The notes beneath the pieces were generated by a model. It did no database searches. It saw nothing but the letters and a program-made list of their open reading frames with translations, and had not been told where the DNA came from. 64,000 bases of DNA from positions 97,526,001-97,590,000 of the forward strand of contig NC_043000.1 of assembly GCF_006345805.1 (NCBI RefSeq), read 5' to 3'. Each line of letters opens with the position of its first letter. Positions within the stretch are counted from its first letter, which is position 1. Position numbers and translations under genes: made by a program. This document shows, one piece after another, positions 54,953 through 64,000 of this stretch. Origin of the DNA: Octopus sinensis (lineage: Eukaryota).

Positions 54953-55569
54953 TTAGTAGTTTATTTATTCATCCTTAAGTAAACAGAAAATTTGACTGTC
55001 GATAACAGGAAAGTGCCATAATCGCATGAATTCCCTATATTTCAGATAAATCATTTTAAAAAGGTGCCGGCAATCTTCAGTTGTTTGCTTCATTCAGAGT
55101 TGTTACTTTTCAACCACCAAGAAAATTCTTCATGTTGAGCGTCACAAAAATACGCAAAATAAGTAAATAATCACATGTAAAATAAAAAATAAAATTTTAC
55201 TCGTAGGTTTTTTAAAAAAATTTTCTTGGAAAACATATTTATCTTATTCGAAATAATGTAATAATTTTTCTAGTTCCTCTAAATTAATTTTTTTCTCATA
55301 TCTATTATATTCTTAGGAGTATACAATATTCTAATTCTTTGTTCTTCTCTCTAAATCTATAAAGAACAAATTTCAAGACAAAAGTCATGCAACCTACGAT
55401 TTTCTTCAAAAGATTACCAGGGTGCATAATTTTAGCTACCTGGTTGCAGAAATGTGGCTTACAACTTGTTTCTTTATTGCCCACATGGGGCCAACATAGA
55501 GGGGATAACACAGCCTGATTTGGGATCAGACACACAAAATGGGTTTAAAAATTTATAATGAAATCGCAT

Positions 55570-57195
55570 GATTAAACAAATGATAAAACAATTTTCAAAA
55601 CAATAACAAACATAAAATGGAGCAGGGGAACAGGTTTTAGCTCCGACCCCACGAGCCGTGTTGCGCTACCGATACCTTTTGGTAAGTCCTATGACATGTT
55701 CACGAAGTGTCTTTCACACACATCATTCGTGCCACACGTGCCCATCTGTCTTTGTATATTCTCTCTGAGAGGCATCTCCTCTCCAGCCCCACTTTCCTTT
55801 TCAGGTGAAAGGTGAAAAACTTCACCAAACAGAGGCAAGAGATGAAGCTGCCTGTCACCAATCCTTTCATTCTCGACTTCCATATCACCTCTTTCGCGAT
55901 TGCTACTACCACAAGAAAATAATTCTTACCTTCTTTCGTAAGGAAATCCGGTGGGTCAGTTTTTAGAATTGACTCAGACGACAGCTGTACTATTCTTGCA
56001 TCTGACAGCAGGTGTTCTGCATAAGTCCACACTTGTGACACTTCCGGACACTGAACAATAGCGTGCAGGACGGTTTCCCCCTCCTGCTAGTATCTTGGAC
56101 AGGCTGATGGGCCGGGATGGCTGTGTCTAGTGAGCTTATCCCGAACGGGTAAGGCTCCTCGGTAACACTGCCAGGCCAGAGACTTTTGTAAGTTATCCAG
56201 TTTCTTCGGCCCGAATGTCCGTTGGATCATTATAATAATCACTAACTGATTATTATCGAGACCCTGAATCTACTCCAGGGTATCGTCACATCCAGCCTCT
56301 ACCAACCTGCTATAAAGAGATGCGGTTGTACCAAAACTGCTGGCATTGCCTGAGCGACGGAACAGCAGGAGAGTCTTACGGCACTCCGTATACCAAGTAC
56401 CCAACCTCGATCTCCGACGAAACCAGCTTTCCCGTCCACCAAAACTAGTGAACTTGGGAAACATCCGTTTCGCAAGCGGAGACCACACCCGTTCACCATC
56501 CGGGTGGAACCAGAGGTGCCTCAACCTCAAAGCATGTTTGCGCATCAACAGCCAAGGCATTCCTAGTCCACTCTTTAACGGTTTTTGACAGCAGATAGAA
56601 TGCCTCACAAGTGGAGTCGAACCCTTTCAGAAGAAACGGAAGATCTGTCGCTCCAACTTGCTCAACCACGAATCTGGGCAAGGAACGACGGTTCGGCGTA
56701 AATGATGACCGATGCGATGAACACATTGGTCACCTCCACCCTCCTTTTCAAGGATAGCCACCGCCAAGACCAGGTTTTGACTATGAGGGTCACCTTGTTC
56801 GATACCTCAGTCCAGCTCTTTCCTATCTGGAGATCTGGGCCAAACCAGACTCCTAGCAACTTAACCGGGCCCTCCGTCCAACGTCCCACGACGCTATCCG
56901 AAGGCATTTACTTGCCTGTCCAGGTGCCGACTTGCAAGCCGACCGATTTTTCCCGGTTAATCTCTGTTCTGCCACCGTCTCGCAAACCTTAATGGTTTCA
57001 CCTACCATCTGTAGGTGTTCCATCTCGGTCACGATGGTGGTGATGTAGTCTGCATATGCTGAAACCGATCCTCCACAATCTGGCTTCGTCGGGATGCCAC
57101 TTAAGTTTCGCAGTAACGGCTCAAGTGCCATCACATACACGTGATGAAAGCGAACATCCTTGGCGAACCGGACGAAATGTGGCTTACAACTTGGA
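55570..57195 (-). mobile_element. Tx1/L1-clade LINE ORF2 remnant (RT C-terminus and zinc-knuckle region)
   Basis: YVMALEPLLR, SAYADYIT, INREKS, KLLGVWFG, LSLKRR, GLGMP, WQCYRGALPV, ETVLHAIVQCP, AKEVIWKSR; multiple frameshifts. Confidence 0.9.
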
Positions 57196-57860
57196 ACATA
57201 AATGCAGACATTCGTTTTCTAATGTTTAGAAGGTTATTTAGTGTTTCAAGCTCCACGAAATTGTTTTGTTTCAAGCGCCACGGTGTTGTTTTGCTTCAAA
57301 CTACACTATTTGTTTTGTTTCAAGCAAGACTAATTTGTTTTTAAATGTCCGTGTTCAATTCTAAGCAAGAACCAAGCATGTTTTGTTTTGTGCTTTTTTG
57401 TTAATAATTTTATTATAATAACTATAATAGCGCTACACATGGCTACCAAAGACTACAAATTTTAAGCTCTTTACACTACTGTGGAAAGAAGACAAAATTA
57501 AATGTGTATGCGGAAAATTCCTCGACTTAGCTTAATCTAAAAGAGACTGTCTCCCCAAGAGAGCACAAGTGTTCAAATAATTATATTTCTTCTCCTTCAG
57601 TGAACACTTGCATAAATTCTTTCGGTACCAACTTCTTGGTTAATTCTGAAAAGTGATGTTAATTTTTGGTTAGCAAACCAGCTTGCAAGCCCACTTCTCA
57701 TAATGAAAGGCAGGATGTTTTGACAAACGGTTTACATTCTTTGACAATTCTAATATTCACATATCCACCAACACCTCCTTTTTAAGAGGTATGTTTTAAA
57801 TCCACTTTTCCCACAGTTTCTGTTTTTCTCCTTTTTCTTCCCTTGCTTTCACTCTCTCCT

Positions 57861-57950
<90 letters not shown>

Positions 57951-58207
57951 TACTCACCACACATACTCGCACACACCCTTTTGATATATAAGTGTAAGTA
58001 TATATGAATGTATCTATGAAGATGTAAATACATGCTTGTATATATCCATCCTTATTTTCGGTAAATGTATACATTAGTGTAAATATGAGCGAGTGTGCGC
58101 GCGCGTGCGTGCGTCTGTGCATGTGTGTATATATATACATATACATCTAGCCATACACACATACATACATTCATATATACATACATTCATACATACATAC
58201 ATACATG

Positions 58208-58238
<31 letters not shown>

Positions 58239-58262
58239 CACACACCACACACACACACATAT

Positions 58263-58324
<62 letters not shown>

Positions 58325-60171
58325 TTATGAGTACGTACACACTCACGAGCACGCACATATACACATCCGATCGAAACTAAACAGAACACCTGCAAAATTC
58401 TTCACTTTGTTTTAAAAAACAAATCAAAACAAAGTCGCTTCAGCAATCAGGAGTTTCTTGTTATAAATTAATTATGGTGGTGATTTTTCTTCTCGCTTTT
58501 CCTTCCATTTTTTATTTATAAATTTTATGTTATCTATTTATATTTTGTGCTTGGGTAAGGAGAATTTTCAAAATTTTTTTCCTATTTACATTCTTCTATT
58601 TTTACTCCCCCTTTCATTTCGATTTTCGTTCAAATTTCTGTGCATTTTATATATATTTTTCCCACTAATGTTTGCTAAAATTCATACTTTTGGTGTTGCC
58701 TTATTTATTTTATATGGTTCAAGGTTTTAGTCTATTTTTAGGTTTGATATTTTCTGCTGCTGATGGAAGTAGAAGCTTGTCTTGTCATCTTCCTGGGATG
58801 TAAAAGATTCTAGCGGAATTCTAGTTTAAGCATTCCATATAACCCTCACAACTTTTTTTTTTATTTAAGGGAATTTTCAGAAAATTTTTGCGATTATGAA
58901 AAAATGTTGTTTTTAATTTTTTAAACCCACTCTATCCCCATAAAGCCTAAAATTTCCACTCTTTTTCTATTTTTCTTTTAATCTCAGTTTAAAATACAGA
59001 CAGTCCGAATGTTTTGCCTAAGTTCCAGCAATGGAGAGAAAAATATTGAAAACCATCAATATATATGTCGGAGTGGCAGAGAAACGAGGAAGGTATCAGG
59101 TGGTCATGAGATGTGCAAAAAAATCGCCCTAAAATTACATACAGAAAAATTTTGTTTTGTTTTTTTCCCATCATCGTATGAATTCTCATGTATATAACAC
59201 AAATTCGCAAAAGTTTTCTGAACATTTCAAAACAATACAAAAGTAATGAGGGGTTATATGAAATGCTTAAACCAGAATCCACCAAGATTCTTTCATTTAA
59301 TGGCGAGGTTTATTGCGTTAGAAGTTGAGCAAAAATAATTAAGACTTTTATAAAACACTATACATAAAAATAGACCATCAACATGTAATCTCAAGATTCA
59401 AGACTTCTCCAAATTTATATACCATTGAGGAAAAGTGAATCTAATTATCTGGAAAACAAAAAGACAGCTATGGCCAGGTAGTTCAACCTCAATAGGCATC
59501 ATCAGCACAGCCATTGTTTTATCTTATTTCCATCACTTAGAGATATACTTAAAATAGTATAATACATTTGTGGTCTATGTATTCTTTTCTTTAGCTTTAA
59601 ACCGTGCTGGTCTTGGGATTAATATATCAATTTCTAAAGAGAGAGAGACTGCTTGGCGTCCCCAACGACTAGGATGGAACTTATGTTCAAAATATAAAAG
59701 AAAGATCCTAAAACTAATCTCCCGAGTCACAAAACAGACCGTTACTCCATTATCAGAGACTTTCATATCAAATGACAAAAGAATAGTATTAATTAGTTAT
59801 TCTGGGGTGGGGAGTGGAAGTACCCGAAGCATTTAAAATTTTGTCGCCTCTAAAACTGAAATAAGTGACATATTTGATGACTACCATTAATATCTTCAGG
59901 TGAATATATGTTTGAAAAATGGATACTTCAAATGAGTAGTAAACTTAATGAAAGCTACCTAAGGATTATGGTATGACACTTTTAGAGTAATGATCAAAAA
60001 TTAATCGAAACACATGAGTAGAAGACAGTAGAAAGTATCCAGAATTTGCTGTGGTTATATTACAAGAAAGTTCAAGTGATTAGGTAAAAATCAAAAAAAG
60101 AAAAATGCTGAGAGAAGGTTAATTATTGTCCTGTATAAACAAAAATATTTCAGTTTCTTGGAATTTCAGGC

Positions 60172-60560
60172 ACTGACATGGATAGCTGTGTTGTAAAAAG
60201 TTTGCTTCCCAACCACATAGTTCTGGGTTCAGTCCCACTGCGTGATACATTGGGCAAGTGTCTTCTACTATAGCCTCGGGTCGACCAAAGCTTTGTAAGT
60301 GAATTTTGCTGATGGAAACTGAAAAAAACCCGTTCTACATATGTATATGTGAGTGCATGTGTCTTTGTGTCTGTGTTTGTCCCCACCACCGCTTGACAAC
60401 TGATGTTGGTGTATATACGGCCCTGTAAGATACTAATAAAATACGTACCAGGGTTTAAAAAATAAGTACTGAGAATCAATACATACATTAGACGAAAATT
60501 CTCCAAGTCGATGCCCCAGTATGGCCGTAGTCTAATAACTGAAACAAGTAAAAAAAAAAA
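60172..60560 (+). mobile_element. SINE family A
   Basis: A consensus. Confidence 0.82.
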
Positions 60561-61289
60561 AGAATATTCCTTATTCGGGTGAATCGGCATTTCACCATTG
60601 TTGTTTACAAGCGTTCTAGTTGTGACCATCAAGAATTTTGTATATTTAGGAATATATTATCCAGTATGCATATTTAAAAATTTTAAGAAATGATTTAAGG
60701 GGAATTTGACTGCTGTCGTTAAAGGATCGAGTGACCGTGTAGAGCACCGGTTTCCAACTGGAGTCCTTCTGACCCTTGGGGATCCACATAAGATTTCGTT
60801 GTTAAAATTTATCCTACTAACGATGTAAACAAGTGTACTTATATGAAACACAAAGCCATGTGTGAGTTTCTCTCATGGTAACTATCGCAGATTTTGTATT
60901 TAATTTGCAAGGTTTTTGATGCGAATTCGTGTTAAGCTGACCTTGAAGACAATGGTTATACTTCTACAATACACAGAATATTTGCAAAATATTTTTCAAA
61001 TTTTTTCATCTAATATTTAATTATAAAAGTATAATACGATATTTTAAACATCAAATGGCTATGAGAGTCCACACGAGTAAAATAGAAATCAAAATGGTCC
61101 ATAGGGAAAAAATTCTTGAGAAACGCTTGTGTAGAGATTCCATCATTGGCTTATCTATATGTTTACTATTCCTTGACGTTCATCATATATGTCCATGCAG
61201 GTCCAATAGACAGATCAGGAGAGATTGCCTTCAAATAAAGAATTACAACATTGGCGTGATGTCACACATTTAGAGAGAAAATATAGTTG

Positions 61290-61690
61290 ATTAAAACGGT
61301 CCCAGTACTTGCTGCGTACTTTATTTTATTGACTCTAAAAGGATGAAAGGTAAAGTAGACCTTGGCAAAATTTGAACTCAGATCGTAAAGGATATAATTA
61401 AATTTCACTATGAATTTTGTTTGACGCTCTAACGATTCTACCAGTCTGCTGTCCTTGCCAATATCCTATAGATAAGGCGACGGGATAGCAGAATCGTTAG
61501 CACGCCGGGCAAAATTCTGAGCGGCAATTTGTTCGTCCTTTGCGTTTTAAGTTCAAGTGCCACCGAAGTCGACTTTGCCTTTTATCCTTTCGAGGTCGAT
61601 AAAATAAGTACCAGTTGAAAACTGGAGTCGGAGTAACAGACTTATTCTTTCTCCGAATTTGATGGCCTTGTGCCAAAATTTGAAACCTAC
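61290..61690. mobile_element. Two head-to-head SINE family B copies
   Basis: Minus copy ~61290-61455, plus copy ~61474-61688. Confidence 0.72.
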
Positions 61691-62800
61691 GAATGGTAAA
61701 AAAAATAGGTTAAAACGTTTGGAGAGTGTGGGTATATTTTACTAGTCAATGTGCTGGAGCTCACATTTCTCATATACGAAAATGTCAAAACACAATATGA
61801 CAAAGAATATATTTTACAAAAGCACATCCTTCTTTTCATACAATATGGTTTTTATTGAAGGTCTGGCAATATACTATTTATACTCATCATACGATAAAGC
61901 TCCCGTTCATTCTGCCAAATTAGCCAAAAATATTCGCTTATTTTATTTATTTATTATTTTCTTGATCTTGAAATATAGATCTCTATTTTGGCCAGTATAT
62001 TCAGGAGACTGGAGCCCTATTAAAAACTTTATTACTGTACTATTAAGTCAAAACTGAAATCGAGTACTTTTAAAAGCAAAATTTTATTTGCCGCTTTGCA
62101 ACAAGAATGGGGACAAAAGGGAGCCAACATTAATAAAAGGGTTTCCTGCCTGTTTAATTAAGAGGAAACAAAAACAACAAGAGGATAATCGCACCAAAAA
62201 CATGTTTATTAAATGCCATAAAAGATTCCATTATATTAGACCATTAAACACCCAACATTATGTACCATAAAAGACTTCCTCTCGTCAAAACTGAATGTTA
62301 TTTCTTTTAATTCGAATGGTTTACATGTCTCATGTTTTATTCCTCTTCCTCCCTCTCTTTCTCGCTCTCTCTCTTTCTCTCTCAAATACACACACACATA
62401 CATACATACATACATACATACATACATACATACATACATGCATGCATACATACATACATACACACATGCACACACACATACATACATACATACACTCACA
62501 CACACACACATATATATATCCATTTATCTCCCTCTATATGCATATAGTAAGGACGCATGGCCTAGTGGCAAGGGTGTTGTACTCACGATCGTGAGGTCGT
62601 GGTTTCAATTCCTAGACTGGGTGGTGTGTGCAAAACACTTCATCTTGACACCTGACGTGCACCTGTTCAAGTCACATCGATTTGATGGAGCGAGTGAGCT
62701 AATGTCCAGAAAATACATTCGATCACTATAAAGAAATCATGCGTGCAAGTCATTCGACAACAACTGAGCACTCATGTATCGTCTTCGAAGGGAGAATCCA

Positions 62801-62845
<45 letters not shown>

Positions 62846-63544
62846 CACACACACTTCGTTTTTGTATTTTGTTTCAAAGATTCTTGATGTGAATTCGTAT
62901 GTTAGAAATAGATAAACTGCGAGACAATGTAATTCCTGGAGGACGAAAAGGCGGTAAACTCCGCAAAATGTTGTACCAGTCCCATACAAAAACCGATCTA
63001 GCAGCGAGAAATGTAGGAATCGCGAGTTTTCATTTAACTACATTTAAGTTCCAGTGGTTTCTAATGAAATGTTGTTACTGTTGTTGTTTTCTCCTTTGAC
63101 AAAAAACTTTAAAAAATATATATTTCAAATGCGAGGAGCAAAAGTATCTTATCCAAATGAATCTATTGTCATAGATGAAGCTATAACAATGGGTCTCACT
63201 CAGTGACATCTGAAAGCACTTCATGTTATTTGTTGACAACCGATGACAGTTGGTGGTAAGCGAGGAGACTGTCCAGCTGCTTATATAGAAATAATGTTAA
63301 AAAAACAGAAATGGCTGTGTCAAAACTAATATATGTGGATTATCAGTGTCAGCAGTTGATTTTGGGATTTGGTTGAGGCGGTGGGGGGAGAGAGGTTTTT
63401 TATTTATTTATTTATTTTGCTTTAGCCCTTGGTCAACTCTGATCGAACAGAACTATGATCAAAATTATTCCAACAGTGATCATTCTACCTTTTAACATTA
63501 GCCAATGCATTCTGCTTTTTAAGACGGCAACGAAACTCTAGAGG

Positions 63545-63670
63545 CATCCTTTCGGGGTCGATAAATCAAGTACCAGTTACGCACTGGGGTCGATGTAATC
63601 GACTTAATACCTATGTCTGTCCTTGTTTGTCCCCTCTGTGTTTAGCCCCTTGTGGGTAATAAAGAAATAG
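63545..63670 (+). mobile_element. SINE family B 3' half
   Basis: CATCCTTTCGGGGTCGATAAATCAAGTACCAG...GCCCCTTGTGGGTAATAAAGAAATAGG. Confidence 0.85.
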
Positions 63671-63689
63671 GAAAACTATATAAAGGCAC

Positions 63690-63821
63690 TTTCTTCTTCT
63701 CCTTCTTTTTTCTTCTTCTTCTTTTCCTTTTTCTTTTCCTTCTTCTTCTTCTTCTTCTTCTGCTGCTGCTGCTTCCGCTTCTTCTTCTTCTTCTTCTTCT
63801 TCTTCTTCTTCTTCTTCTTCT

Positions 63822-63872
<51 letters not shown>

Positions 63873-63900
63873 GCTACTGCTGTTGTTGTTTTTGTTGTTT
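63690..63900. repeat. (CTT)n/(CTG)n microsatellite
   Basis: Read directly. Confidence 0.95.
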
Positions 63901-64000
63901 AATCCCGAGTCTTCCGCGGAAGGATAAATCCCGATCTTTTCAGTTTGGCTGCCAAATTTTCGAAAATTCTAAGTTTGCTGAAAATTTTAAAATTTAGTAC

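Noticed and set aside
60745-60800. hAT-like terminal sequence (also ~43769 and ~50295)
   Set aside because: No matching partner inverted repeat or 8-bp TSD found

Overview
AT-rich eukaryotic DNA, dense in microsatellites and transposable elements. The SINE families and simple-repeat content suggest an octopus/cephalopod intronic or intergenic region (inference). No intact host protein-coding gene is supported, and almost all listed ORFs are microsatellite or SINE artefacts. Supported features: one tRNA-Asp(GTC); many copies of at least four tRNA-derived SINE families; decayed R4/Dong, RTE and Tx1/L1 LINE fragments; a mariner fragment; three foldback MITEs; a ~750-bp palindrome; and two Penelope-like element (PLE) fragments with GIY-YIG endonuclease domains. 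The most notable signal is a set of type I hammerhead ribozyme (HHR) motifs from several unrelated repeat families. One is apparently intact (8036-8085, minus strand) inside a ~190-nt highly structured retrozyme-like unit. Most others lie in PLE-type 3' ends that run into (TA)n tracts. All calls were made by eye, with no searches or folding computations.
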